Shown here: positions 1 through 13,367 of the stretch, in pieces
Numbering within the stretch: position 1 is the stretch's first letter
How the letters are laid out: every line of letters starts with the position of its first letter
NCBI GenBank assembly: GCA_002269645.1
Contig: NIVC01000852.1
Location: forward strand, 1 to 64,000
From: Macrostomum lignano
Lineage: Eukaryota
Direction: 5' to 3'
DNA length: 64,000 nucleotides
Notes under the pieces: model-generated
What the model was told of the DNA's origin: nothing
What the model saw: the letters and a program-made list of their open reading frames with translations, nothing else
The model's database searches: none
Position numbers and translations under genes: made by a program

Positions 1-1003
1 AGCTCTAGACAGAGGTGAGCTAATCCTGTGTCTTCATTCAATCGTGTCTGCCTGCCGGCTGTATTTAATCTAATGGATCGAAGCACCGACTCCAGCTATT
101 GTCTTCTGCCGATGATGTAAACAGTGCCAGTCTCTCATGGTCGAGCTAAATGGCACTGCAAATGCATTTCATTGTATGGAACCAATTTTCATATCCGAAG
201 ATGCTTACAACCAAGGGGTAGAAAGGTTACTCGTATGCGTCGTAAAGAACCTTTCCTTCCCATGAGTCTCTCAATTTTTATCCTGTTGAAAGATAAGAAT
301 TAATTACGAGCGTAGTACAAATCGCTGGTGGGAAACTGTAAAAGGGAGTTGACAACTTGGTCCGGTAGTGCAATAAGTGTGGAATCATAGAAAATCCCAT
401 CTCTGGGGAGGCAGTCAAAGTCGACAGTGCTCATCATCACAAAGTAATTCGATTATTCGATCCGTTGACGCAGCAAGGCGTCTTCTTTGAAGATAAATTG
501 ACGTCTCAATTTCAAATCCAAAACGATGGCTAACAGAGCTGCATACTGCGGACCGCTCGCCATCGAAAGAGGAGACCAAATCTTGCTTTGGTCAACACGG
601 CTTGAGCTTCAGCTTTCGTCAATTTATACATCAGCCATGCAATTTAATGGCGGTCTAACTAGTTGTGCAAACTAAGGAATCATTTTTCTTAATTCTTGCA
701 TAAATGGCATAAACGGCATAAATGTTACAATTAGTCAAGGTTTAGAGGCACATGAACTGGGCTAAAGAAAACTGTTTATTATCAATCAGATTAAAAGATG
801 ATAATACAATTAATTCTCTCTCAAATTGCGCCGAGACCTTGAAGCCCATTGGTCCTTGCCGGCCAACCAATGGCGAGCGGCCTCTGGCCGGATCAAAAAG
901 CGTCCCTGAAGCGAGGCGGCGCTTTGTCATCCCAGAAAAACTGACAGAGCAGCCGCGCGCGTCAACTACTCGAACCCAGCCAGCCACCGCCCTGCTCTGC
1001 TGG

Positions 1004-4000
1004 ATGCGCTGTCAACTCCTCGTGCTGCAGCTGCCGTTGCTGCTACTTTTAACATCAGCTTGTACCGCGGCTACCTTCACCAATGCTGAGCCCGCCGAGT
1101 TCCAGACGGACGAAGAGGTCCCGCCGGCACTCGGATCGGCAGTCTCAGCCAGCGCCTCGGCTTGCCCGAAAGCACGAAGTTCAATGCGCCATTCTTGACC
1201 AAACTGCAGAAAAAGCTGCTCAGACTGGACCCAGTTGGCGGCCTCATCACCACGAAAGCCAGGCTCGACCGCGAGACACTGTGTCCCGGTCAGCATGAGA
1301 GCTGCAAGCTGGAATTTGTTGTCAGTGCAGGAAAATTCTACCAAGTCCATCTCCTAGTGCGAGACGTCAACGATCATCGGCCGCAGTTCAAGACCGGCAA
1401 ATTTGTTGTCAACATTAGCGAGTCGGCTTCGGCTGGGGCGCTGTACTCCCTGCTAGCGGCGGAGGACAAGGACGGTGCCAAGGAGCATCGTCGCACTGTG
1501 TACGAGCTGGTGCCTGGCGATGCAGCGTCCTCGGCGCACTTCCGGTTGGCTGCTCAATCGGCCAGCCGGCAGCAGCTGACCCCGAAGCTGGAGCTGGTGA
1601 AACCCCTGGACAGGGAGACCCGAGACCGCTACAGCCTACAGCTGCTGGCCAGCGACGCTGGATTCCCGGACGAGAAGGCCCGGCTTGACATCAGCGTGCT
1701 TGTGCAGGACGCCAACGACAATCCGCCAAGCTGGCCGAAGGCACCTGCCACTGTGACGATCTCGAGTGCGACCGGCTGCACCGCTGTCTCATGCGACTGC
1801 AAGCAGTGGACCCCGATCTGAACGAGCGCATCGTCTATTCTATCGCGCCCACCGCTGGTAAAGAAGCCGCCACCACGTTTTACATATCCGGCGACTTCCT
1901 GCTCCAGAACAGACTGCTGGACTACGAGAACCAGGCAGAGAGGTCGTTCTTCATCCCGGTGGTGGCCGAGGACTCCGGCCAGCTGCGATCCGAGATCGAG
2001 GTGCCGGTCCGACTCACGGACTGCAACGACAACTACCCGACTATCCAGATCGGCGGGGTCGACGGCGACGCCGGCGTCAGCTTGACAGAGAATGACGGTA
2101 GAGAGCTGACGCTGGCCCAGGTGATGGCCTCGGATCCTGACGCTGGCGACAACGGCACCGTGGAATGCCAGGCGACGCCGTCCGATCGATTCCGGTTGGT
2201 ACGCGTGCCGTTGCCGAGTGTCCCAGCCGGCGACCAAGCCCGGCGGATGACCATCTACGAGCTGCGCAAGCCGAACGGCGTCACCTTCGATCGGGAGGCC
2301 TCACCAGCCGGGAAGGTCACCGTTGACATTAGCTGTACCGACCGCGGTGCGCCGCCGAAGATCACTCCTCACCAGCTGACGGTCAGGATCACCGACGTGA
2401 ACGACAATCCACCACACCTGGAGCGGAGCTTCTACAGTTACCGGCTGTCCGAGAACAACCCGCTGGACGCCTTTGTTGGGCACGTCCGTGCCGACGATCC
2501 GGACGACCCGACGGCGCCGCTGCGCTTTGACTTGGACGCGGCTGGGCGGCAGTTCTTCAGCATCCAGTCTACCGGTCGTGGCCGAGCAGAGATTCGAGCC
2601 CGGGTCACCTTCGACCGCGAGGAGCGCAGCCGCTACAACTTTGCTGTGATTGTGAGCGACAACGATGGCAGGGCGGACTCTCTCTCGGCTACCGCCTCCG
2701 TTGAGGTTGTTATCGAGGATGTCGACGACTCGCCGCCGGTGTTCCAGCCTCCGGTGTACAGCTTTCACATTGTCGAAGATTTCGGCGCTAACTATAGCCG
2801 GCGCTTCATCGGCGCCGTGACCGCCACGGACGCCGATTCGGGCGCCAACGCCGAGATTCGCTACAAAGTCGGCAACCGCCAGTCGTCCACCGACATCCAC
2901 TTTTCCTTCGAGGGCAACCAGCTGATGGGCCAAGGTAACTTCGACCGGGAGCGGCAGGAGACGCTCCTGCTGGAGGTTCAGGCGGTCGGCGCGAACGCTT
3001 TCGCTTCCGCCCAGGTCACCATCGCGCTGCTGGACGTCAATGACAACTGGCCGATACTTGAGGGGCTCAGCCGGGTGCACAATTTGTCCGCCGCCAGCCC
3101 GGCCGGCACACAGCTTTTGCCGCAGGCGCGAGGACGCGATGACGACGCTGGCGACAATGGAACCATCGTCTACAGCCTTGAGGAGAAGGAGCTCAGCGTT
3201 CCCATTGAAGCTGACGGGGGCGGTACGCATTTCAGCATCGACCGGACGCACGGCATGTTGACGCTGATTCGGCCGTTCAAACGCGGAGTTGGTCGGCGCT
3301 TTCGGCTGACCCTGCTGGCCAGGGACTGCGGCCAGCCGCCGCTGGAGAGCCGCCACGACACCTTAGTGCACATTGTCGACGCGGCGCACGCAGCTCGCTC
3401 CGGTGTCGCTGGCAGCGGTCCCGGTGGCGTCAGTAACGGCAAAGACGCCCACGGAGGCGAAGACGGCGGAGCGGCGGGCGGTCGGACGCAGCGGGCCCAG
3501 GCGGACCGCAACCTGCTGCTGCTGCTGTGCCTGGCCGCTGTGGTCTTCGTGATCTTTGTAGCGCTGCTGGCGGTGCTGCTGTACATGCACGCCTGGGGTG
3601 AGCCGCTTGTCCTGTGTGGATATTAACTCGCTTTCTGATGCCAGAGGACCCACCACTTGAAGTACATTTAAATCAACCCCTGCATTTTCAACATGGCAGG
3701 TCGCCAGGAGACCTCGAGAACGGCAGTAAGAACCAACCGGGGCGCCACCTGGTACGACAGGGCGAATTCTGATCCGGTGAGTTGCCATGACCGGCAACCG
3801 GCACCGGGGCTCGGGGTTGAGATGAGAAAAGGTCTCTAGAGACTGCTCGCATGTCTGTAAGGAGTGGTAGCATCAGTTCTAGCATGCTGCTCGCATCAGT
3901 TCTAGTGGTAGCAGCTTTGACATGAGCAGCTTTGACATGAGCTGATGCTTTGACATGAGCTGATGCTTTGACATGAGCTGATGCTTTGACATGAGCTGAT

Positions 4001-6855
4001 GCTTTGACATGAGCTGATGCTTTGATATGAGCTGATGCTTTGACATGAGCTGATGCTTTGACATGAGCTGATGCTTTGATATGAGCTGATGCTTTGACAT
4101 GAGCTGATGCTTTGACATGAGCTGATGCTTTGACATGAGCTGATGCTTTGACATGAGCTGATGCTTTGACATGAGCTGATGCTTTGACATGAGCTGATGC
4201 TTTGACATGAGCTGATGCTTTGACATGAGCTGATGCTTTGACATGAGCTGATGCTTTGACATGAGCTGATGCTTTGACATGAGCTGATGCTTTGACATGA
4301 GCTGATGCTTTGACATGAGCTGATGCTTTGACATGAGCTGATGCTTTGACATGAGCTGATGCTTTGACATGAGCTGATGCTTTGACATGAGCTGATGCTT
4401 TGACATGAGCTGATGCTTTGACATGAGCTGATGCTTTGACATGAGCTGATGCTTTGACATGAGCTGATGCTTTGACATGAGCTGATGCTTTGACATGAGC
4501 TGATGCTTTGACATGAGCTGATGCTTTGACATGAGCTGATGCTTTGACATGAGCTGATGCTTTGACATGAGCTGATGCTTTGACATGAGCTGATGCTTTG
4601 ACATGAGCTGATGCTTTGACATGAGCTGATGCTTTGACATGAGCTGATGCTTTGACATGAGCTGATGCTTTGACATGAGCTGATGCTTTGACATGAGCTG
4701 ATGCTTTGACATGAGCTGATGCTTTGACATGAGCTGATGCTTTGACATGAGCTGATGCTTTGACATGAGCTGATGCTTTGACATGAGCTGATGCTTTGAC
4801 ATGAGCTGATGCTTTGACATGAGCTGATGCTTTGACATGAGCTGATGCTTTGACATGAGCTGATGCTTTGACATGAGCTGATGCTTTGACATGAGCTGAT
4901 GCTTTGACATGAGCTGATGCTTTGACATGAGCTGATGCTTTGACATGAGCTGATGCTTTGACATGAGCTGATGCTTTGACATGAGCTGATGCTTTGACAT
5001 GAGCTGATGCTTTGACATGAGCTGATGCTTTGACATGAGCTGATGCTTTGACATGAGCTGATGCTTTGACATGAGCTGATGCTTTGACATGAGCTGATGC
5101 TTTGACATGAGCTGATGCTTTGACATGAGCTGATGCTTTGACATGAGCTGATGCTTTGACATGAGCTGATGCTTTGACATGAGCTGATGCTTTGACATGA
5201 GCTGATGCTTTGACATGAGCTGATGCTTTGACATGAGCTGATGCTTTGACATGAGCTGATGCTTTGACATGAGCTGATGCTTTGACATGAGCTGATGCTT
5301 TGACATGAGCTGATGCTTTGACATGAGCTGATGCTTTGACATGAGCTGATGCTTTGACATGAGCTGATGCTTTGACATGAGCTGATGCTTTGACATGAGC
5401 TGATGCTTTGACATGAGCTGATGCTTTGACATGAGCTGATGCTTTGACATGAGCTGATGCTTTGACATGAGCTGATGCTTTGACATGAGCTGATGCTTTG
5501 ACATGAGCTGATGCTTTGACATGAGCTGATGCTTTGACATGAGCTGATGCTTTGACATGAGCTGATGCTTTGACATGAGCTGATGCTTTGACATGAGCTG
5601 ATGCTTTGACATGAGCTGATGCTTTGACATGAGCTGATGCTTTGACATGAGCTGATGCTTTGACATGAGCTGATGCTTTGACATGAGCTGATGCTTTGAC
5701 ATGAGCTGATGCTTTGACATGAGCTGATGCTTTGACATGAGCTGATGCTTTGACATGAGCTGATGCTTTGACATGAGCTGATGCTTTGACATGAGCTGAT
5801 GCTTTGACATGAGCTGATGCTTTGACATGAGCTGATGCTTTGACATGAGCTGATGCTTTGACATGAGCTGATGCTTTGACATGAGCTGATGCTTTGACAT
5901 GAGCTGATGCTTTGACATGAGCTGATGCTTTGACATGAGCTGATGCTTTGACATGAGCTGATGCTTTGACATGAGCTGATGCTTTGACATGAGCTGATGC
6001 TTTGACATGAGCTGATGCTTTGACATGAGCTGATGCTTTGACATGAGCTGATGCTTTGACATGAGCTGATGCTTTGACATGAGCTGATGCTTTGACATGA
6101 GCTGATGCTTTGACATGAGCTGATGCTTTGACATGAGCTGATGCTTTGACATGAGCTGATGCTTTGACATGAGCTGATGCTTTGACATGAGCTGATGCTT
6201 TGATATGAGCTGATGCTTTGACATGAGCTGATGCTTTGACAAAGCAAAGCACCCCGACGTACTTCTTATTCAGCGGCAGACCGCGGACGAGCCCAGCGCC
6301 GACCTGTCGGAAGGCGCCTATCGGTTCCCCGACATCCTGACTGACGGCTGCCGCTCGGCCACGCTGGTGATCGACAACGCCAGGGCCCGCAGTCCGGGCG
6401 GCACCTGCCTGAAGCGGCAGCGCAAGTTTTCCAGCTCCGGCTATTTGACGTCGCCACAGCGCCAGACGTCAGCGAATTCCACACCAGACGGCGGAGGGCG
6501 TCTGGCGGCCACGCATCAGCGAAGCCTGACGCTCAAGGCGTTCAATGGCTACGAGACGACTGCGACGTCGAGCCCATCGGCAGCTGCGGCGACATCGGCC
6601 GCGGCGGCGTTGACCTCCTCCGACCGGATGTCGCGCAAATTCTACGCCACCATTTCTGGAGACGCGACAGCCGCCGGCGCCATGGAGGAGAGTCGGTACA
6701 CCTCAGCTGCCGCGGCTCCGGCCATTGACAGGCAGGGCTACGCGGTGCTCGCGTCTGACACGGCTCTCGCCGCGGCAGGGCGAGACGCTGCCAGCGGTGC
6801 GCACGTCGGCAGCCCCATCTGCCGGACTCCCTACGCTACGTCAAGCTTTGTCTGA
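1004..6855 (+). CDS. Delta1-type protocadherin (signal peptide, 7 cadherin repeats, TM, cytoplasmic tail ending SSFV); two 1-nt frameshifts in this sequence
   Basis: ATG 1004 gives the signal peptide MRCQLLVLQLPLLLLLTSACTA. Linker motifs DVNDHRP, DANDNPP, DCNDNYP, DVNDNPP, DVDDSPP and DVNDNWP, plus DRE/DYE and AxDxD motifs, define 7 EC repeats. TM is LLLLLCLAAVVFVIFVALLAVLLY. Exons 1004-3597 (phase 1, GTGAG), 3700-3776 (phase 0, GTGAGT), 6274-6855 are phase-consistent. Frames join if one G is restored at ~1126 (VPPGTRIG) and at ~1764 (ISE). Confidence 0.9.
3911..6240. repeat. 18-bp minisatellite (TGAGCTGATGCTTTGACA), ~128 near-identical copies, filling protocadherin intron 2
   Basis: Read directly. 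Only three C>T variant units seen (~4025, ~4080, ~6203). Two 15-bp precursor-like units (GCAGCTTTGACATGA) at the left edge. Confidence 0.98.
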
Positions 6856-6960
6856 CCCCGTGACCTTTGTTGACCTCTGCAGTTTCTGACTCGGACTTCT
6901 CTAAGGCATTCTCCGAGGGCTCAAGCCACTTGCACTAGTCTGGCTTTCTAACTTATCGAA

Positions 6961-7830
6961 TCCAATCTCACCAATCTCTATCCTCATCTTCACCAATCTA
7001 TATCCTTATCTTCACCAATCTCTATCCTAATCTTCACCAATCTATATCCTTATCTTCACCAATCTCTATCCTAATCTTCACCAATCTCTATCCTTATCTT
7101 CACCAATCTCTATCCTAATCTTCACCAATCTCTATCCTTATCTTCACCAATCTCTGTCCTAATCTTCACCAATCTCTATCCTTATCTTCATCAATCTCTA
7201 TCCTAATCTTCACCAATCTCTATCCTCATCTTCACCAATCTCTATCCTAATCTTCACACCAAGCTCTATCATAATCTTCATCAATCTCTATCCTAATCTT
7301 CACCTATCTCTATTCTTATCTTCATCAATCTCTATCCTAATCTTCACCAATCTCTGTCCTAATCTTCACCAATCTCTATCCTAATCTTCACCTATCTCTA
7401 TTCTTATCTTCACCAATCTCTGTCCTAATCTTCACCAATCTCTATCCTAATCTTCACCTATCTCTATTCTTATCTTCATCAATCTCTATCCTAATCTTCA
7501 CCAATCTCTGTCCTAATCTTCACCAATCTCTATCCTAATCTTCACCTATCTCTATTCTTATCTTCACCAATCTCTGTCCTAATCTTCACCAATCTCTATT
7601 CTTATCTTCATCAATCTCTATCCTAATCTTCACCAATCTCTGTCCTAATCTTCACCAATCTCTATCCTAATCTTCACCAATCTCTATCCTAATCTTCACC
7701 AATCTCTGTCCTAATCTTCACCAATCTCTATCCTTATCTTCATCAATCTCTATCCTAATCTTCACCAATCTCTATCCTAATCTTCACTAATCTCTATCTT
7801 CATCTTCACCTATCTCTATTCTTATCTTGC
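6961..7830. repeat. 22-bp minisatellite (CCAATCTCTATCCTAATCTTCA)
   Basis: ~39 slightly variant copies starting ~100 bp after the protocadherin stop; the + strand is almost G-free. Confidence 0.95.
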
Positions 7831-8781
7831 TAGTTTCTATCATCCTGTTTACAGATCTATAACCTTCATTCCAAATCTATGTGTATAATTTGCTTATTAA
7901 GTACCGCATGTAGTTGATTGCTCAGCAGACCTTGCCCTCCAAACCTTTCTCGATAGCTATAGTAATGATGTCCAGTTTCCTTGTAGATATGATCCTCAGC
8001 CAATGTCTATAAACCGTGACTTTTAAAGTCAAAGCAAGCAGATCTCAATAACCATACAGGCATAAGTAGTAGAAGAAATCGAACAAAAATGACTTAATGA
8101 GTTCAGAAGTGACACAAATTAAGAGTCACCTGCTTTAGTTCTGTCGCAGTGTACCTTTACCGATTTTTTTACTACTTTTAAAGCTTTTTTTCTACTGAAG
8201 TATTCTTCAAGCGTTGTGACGCAGTAAAACTGTAGTTCGTACATGTGCTCTCCAACTTTAAAAACAATTGTAAAACAAAGCGCCACAGTGCCACTTGTGC
8301 TCAGCGGGAGTATTAGCATACATATCGCTATTCAGAAACCAGTTTTCGGCTTCTTTTGGTATAGATTTAGGAGAAAGCTGTTCTGCCAGAGAGAGATGCT
8401 GTAAGCACCATCAGGCGGGCATTGAATTTCACGATTTTTAACTCGCGTGGATGCGAGATGGCCGACTGGAGTTGTGGAGTACAAACAGCACGCGCTCAAG
8501 TACACTTGGCTTGACAGCCGGACCAAAACGCGGCTCGGGAATCAGGGAGGTGGCGGCCGCTCCTCCGGCTGAATAATTGATGCGCGAGAGAACGGAGGCA
8601 GCGGGGAAGTCAGGGGAGACCACTTGAGCTTCAGCCTGCAACTTGATCGTTAATCCAAGCCCAGGGGCTCTTTAACTTTACAAGCAGCTCTGCGCCACTT
8701 CTCTCTTGCCAGCCTTTGAGGGCGGCACTGCCCGGACTCCGACACCGGCATGATCTGGTCTGTGCGGAGCGACTCTTGAGC

Positions 8782-8783
<2 letters not shown>

Positions 8784-8850
<67 letters not shown>
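8784..8850. repeat. (GATA)n microsatellite
   Basis: Perfect tetranucleotide run. Confidence 0.97.
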
Positions 8851-9693
8851 TGCTTGGACACGGCAGCACAGAGCAGGCCTCCAGCCCTGATTTCCCGGTC
8901 AGCAATCTCCGACCCACTGGGTCGAACAGGAGTGCCCACCGCTAGAAGCTACTCATAATCCAAAGTTACTTGAATTTGCCAAAGCTGAGCAGAGTTAAAA
9001 GCACCGACACGACTTCCTCTCATCTCGTCTCCCCATTCTCCACCCCCTTTCCCACCGGGTGGACTTGAATGCGAATTAGCCGATTATATCGCTCTTTCTG
9101 GTTCCCAAAACAGCGCGCGCCTCAGGACTGAAGCGGTGCGTGCGGCCCGGGCTGAGGGGGGGGGCTGAGTACGCAGGCCGCCCGATACGAGCTGGGGACG
9201 AGGCGTGACTCGCTGGCATGAGCGGCAGCACTGGGGAGCCTTGAATAGGATAAAGGAAACGAGAATAGAAGGCGGTGACTGCGGCCTGACCCCAGCACAT
9301 TTTTGGAGGGATAAGATCTGCGCGGGCCCGTTACTAAAGCAGGACTTGGCTCAGCCTCTGTTCTGCATCGCTAATTATGGCGGTGAATGCGAGAAGAGAA
9401 CTTTGCTGCACCGTCATTCATTGTCGGCCTGCTTGTTTATGGGAAGAGATCTTGGCTGAGGTGCGGAATTCTTGTCAAGAGTTTGAGCTGCTGTTACAAT
9501 AGATAGCGGCTAAGGTGTCACCTGGGGCGGTGGGGTGGCGTCAGAGCTGACGCCTGCACTGTGGACTTTTTTAAGCTTTTGTCGGGAGAAGGCGTGCCTG
9601 ATTGGCTGCTGTCAATCAGGCCTGAGAAGCGGCGATGTTTTTTTACTTTATAAAGGCCATTGTGTCAATCTCGGGCAATCTCGGGTATTGAAT

Positions 9694-10082
9694 TTCTCAG
9701 GTACACTACTGGAATTCTCAGGTACACTACTGGAATTCTCAGGTACACTACTGGAATTCTCAGGTACACTACTGGAATTCTCAGGTACACTACTGGAATT
9801 CTCAGGTACACTACTGGAATTCTCAGGTACACTACTGGAATTCTCAGGTACACTACTGGAATTCTCAGGTACACTACTGGAATTCTCAGGTACACTACTG
9901 GAATTCTCAGGTACACTACTGGAATTCTCAGGTTCACTATACTGGAATTCTCAGGTTCACTACTGGAATTCTCAGGTTCACTACTGGAATTCTCAGGTTC
10001 ACTGCTGGAATTCTCAAGTACAAACTGCTGGAATTCTCAGGTACCCTACTGGAATTGTCAGGTACCCTACTGGAATTGTCAG
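9694..10082. repeat. 21-bp minisatellite (GGAATTCTCAGGTACACTACT)
   Basis: ~18 copies, diverging toward the right end; explains the LEFSGTL and YTTGILR ORFs. Confidence 0.96.
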
Positions 10083-11059
10083 GTGAATAAATGAATAGCA
10101 TTATTTAGCCACTCGAAGTAGTTATAACAGATACTTCTAACTTGCAACCCCAACAGAAGATATTCATCAACTCTCGAGCTGATCATATTAAGCCCATTTC
10201 GACACTTTTCCTGGCAATTTCGGTTCATGCTACACTTTTCTTCCATTCTTGTTTCGCTACTTCAACTCCTGGCGTGAATAATGGAAGCATTCGAGCGCGC
10301 CCTCTCTCTCTCTCTCACGATCAACAGCCTGCAGCTGCTTAGCGACACAGCGAGACCGTTGCCACCCCGCAACTGGGCCAGGCCTCTGCTTCAAGTAACG
10401 ACAAAAAAACTAAAGAAGTCCTCCAAAGAGAAAAGTCGATGAGCGATACACAGAGAAACTGGCCAGCCAGACAACGGCAAGTTCCGGCTGTGGGAGCCGC
10501 CACTTAGAAGCCTAGGGGTTGGCCCTCTTTTTTTGGAGACAAAAAAATGCGCTTTCGCCAGACAAGAATGATGGAGAAGCTGGTGCGTGCGAAGCCGGGG
10601 GTAGGAGAGAAAACAGGCAAAAATAAATGCAAACAAAGAAGCCCCGGCCAGAGGCCTAACACGCTGCCGCTGCTTCTAAAAGAAGAAATCCGGCAATCAA
10701 TCTTCTTCTCCTATTGCCGATCTTCACAGCGCAGCAGTGACGAATTATCGAATAGCGTGCGCGGAGTCCTCATATGGTAGTAAACAGCTTTGTCTCCGAG
10801 ACTGCCGAAGTTCGAAATCCTGTAGTTACGCAGTGAGGCGCGGGCGGTGCAGTTCTGGAATTGGCCAAGATTCGGGTCAAGTCTCCAAGTTTATACGACT
10901 TTTTCTTTTACTTTTACTTTTTCTGCAACACTTGACTGAGTGATATGTGCTTTAAGTGCCTTGTTATCGTCGCATATTGTAAAGAATTTTTTTACACTGC
11001 GGAACCCATATTTGGGTAAATATTGTGACCAATACTAAAAGTGGATTAAGGTCGGGAGG

Positions 11060-11897
11060 CAAAAGTTGGGGGGAGTTAAGGGGCAAAAGTCGGGGAAGGC
11101 AAAAGTCAGGGGGCAAATCGAAAGGTTTCAAAAGGGGGGGGGCAAAAGTCGGAGGGGCAAAAGTTGGGGGGGCAAAAGTCGGTGGGGGGCAAAAGTCGTG
11201 GGGGGCAAAAGTCGGTGGGGGGGCAAAAGTCGTGGGGGGCAAAAGTCGGTGGGGGCAAAAGTCGGTGGGGGGAAAAAGTCGGTGGGGGGGCAAAAGTCGT
11301 GGGGGGCAAAAGTCGGAGGGGAGCAAAAGTCGGTGGAGGGCAAAAGTCGGAGGGAAGCAAAAGTCGGTGGGGGCAAAAGTCGGAGGGGAGCAAAAGTCGG
11401 TGGGGGGCAAAAGTCGGTGGGGGGGCAAAAGTCGTGGGGGGCAAAAGTCGGGGGGGCAAAAGTCGGTGGGGGGGCAAAAGTCGTGGGGGGCAAAAGTCGG
11501 AGGGGAGCAAAAGTCGGTGGATGGCAAAAGTCGGAGGGAAGCAAAAGTCGGTGGGGGGCAAAAGTCGGAGGGGAGCAAAAGTCGGTGGGGGGCAAAAGTC
11601 GGTGGGGGGCAAAAGTCGGTGGGGGGCAAAAGTCGGTGGGGGGCAAAAGTCGTGGGGGCAAAAGTCGGTGGGGGCAAAAGTCGGAGGGCAAAAGTCGTGG
11701 GGAGAATTCGGGGGGGGGGCAAAAGTCTGAGGGGGGCAAAAGTCGGGGGTCGGGGGCAAAAGTCGTGGACTGCAAAAGTTGGGGGGAAGTCGTGGGGGCA
11801 AAGTCGGGGGGTCAGGGGGGGCAAAATTCGGGGGGGGGGCAAAAGTTAGGGGGGTCAAAAAAATAGGGGGGTCAAAATTCGGGGGGGGGGGCAAAAG
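11060..11897. repeat. G-rich ~16-18 bp minisatellite (GGGGGCAAAAGTCGGT)
   Basis: ~48 units with variable G-run length and a constant CAAAAGTCG core. Confidence 0.95.
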
Positions 11898-12954
11898 TCA
11901 GAACCAAATTCAGGAGTAGAACTGAAATTTTTGTCACAATTTTCGGCTTGAGTTCGTAACGTTGTCAATGAGAATTTAATAGCAATAATTTCTAGCAGCG
12001 CTGATATCAAGGGGTATTGAGATCCCTGAGTCACTCCCCTCCCCTTCTCTCCGCCCGTCTAACATCTGCCGAGCTCGCGCACAAATAGTAAAGCATAATT
12101 TTCAAGGCATTAAGAAGTCAGCAATGACAGTCCACACTGGCAGCACGCGCTGCTCAATGTGCTCGCCGTTTTGCTAGTTCTGTGTAGAACAGAGAAGTTA
12201 TATTAGAAACAGACGCATGGAGTTCCAGATCGAGCAACTGGAGTGGAAATTGGACTGGCCGAAATTCTTCATTCTCTTCATCAAAGTGAGACTGGAAATC
12301 TGTTGAGTTTTAATCGAGTTTTTCAAGTTTCTAGTTTTATATTTCTTTTACATTTTTCTGGAATAAGTTCTTCAGCAAGCAAGAAAAGGAAGTTTCTTTT
12401 CCAAATGATTTACTCTAGAAGTCCTTGACAGAGAGGATCCCCACTGACAGCTGCTTGACCCTCTAGCCCACCTCCTCATTTCTCTTGCCTCCAGGAGCTT
12501 CAGTTGCAGTCCAGGCTAAAAATTCGCCAGGAAAGAGAACAATAGCTAATTTGCTCCCCGCTTCCCCTAGAAGCAGCAGCCACCCGACTATGGCAGCGAG
12601 TAAAACTCTGTATAGAGTTTAATTGAACTCTTCAAAGCTTGAGAACACCTCCGCCTCTACGATATCTATACTCCATGCGGTCTGTTGTTCTTTGCTGCAC
12701 GGTGGTTGGCTGGCCAGAGACCAGCTGCTCAGATCCGTGGCGCTTGGCTTGCCTTAGCGAGTCATTCAAGACACAGCAGCAATGACTTCAAGACAGGCGG
12801 CTGTAGCAGAACGTCTGATAGAACAATTTCCAATAGAGAAACGAGTGACTGCGAGACTGATAGCGAGCAGGAAAGCTGCACAAGTGTGCCTTCCTTGGCC
12901 CTAAATGCAAAATTAAAGAACCTTTAATTTATTACTCTCGAATTATAAATCCCT

Positions 12955-13030
12955 TACCCTGATTCCCATACCCTAATCCCCATGCCCTGATTCCCATACC
13001 CTAATTCCCATACCCTAATTCCCATACCCT
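12955..13030. repeat. Short ~14-15 bp repeat (CCCTAATTCCCATA-like)
   Basis: ~5 degenerate copies upstream of the calmodulin-like gene. Confidence 0.7.
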
Positions 13031-13367
13031 AATATCACATCCAAAATACCAAGACCCAAAACTCAAAATTTCGAATTCAGTTCATATTATAATTCAATTT
13101 TCTATATTCTCACTGCTCTCAGCTGCATTCGGGAAAGAGAAGGCAGGGCAAACAGCAAACAGAGCAGATAACTCAGTGGTCAGCGCATCAAAACTCCAAA
13201 CCAATGACTCGTAATTATCGTAGTGCGCTGCGAATGCAGAGGGCACTGAGGCGCTGTGCTGAGCAAACAAAGGCACTCGCTATATCAGCCCCAGACTCCA
13301 ACTGTGTTTGACAGTCAGCCGTGCTCACAGCAGTCTGAGAAAATCTGAGGCCATCGATCAGAGCGAA

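Noticed and set aside
1012-3797. Antisense ORFs of 100-351 aa over the protocadherin
   Set aside because: Expected shadow of GC-rich coding sequence; no recognisable domain.
3688-6252. Three ~800-aa ORFs (HVKASA, MSKHQL, CQSISS repeats)
   Set aside because: Translations of an 18-bp array that happens to lack stops on the minus strand; it lies in a protocadherin intron.
8119-8319. 66-aa minus-strand ORF that looks vaguely protein-like
   Set aside because: No recognisable motif and no convincing splice partners.
12100-12340. Possible decayed Penelope/GIY-YIG endonuclease tail (KSAMTVH..VLCRTEK)
   Set aside because: Resemblance too weak, with stops in every frame; needs TBLASTX against Repbase.
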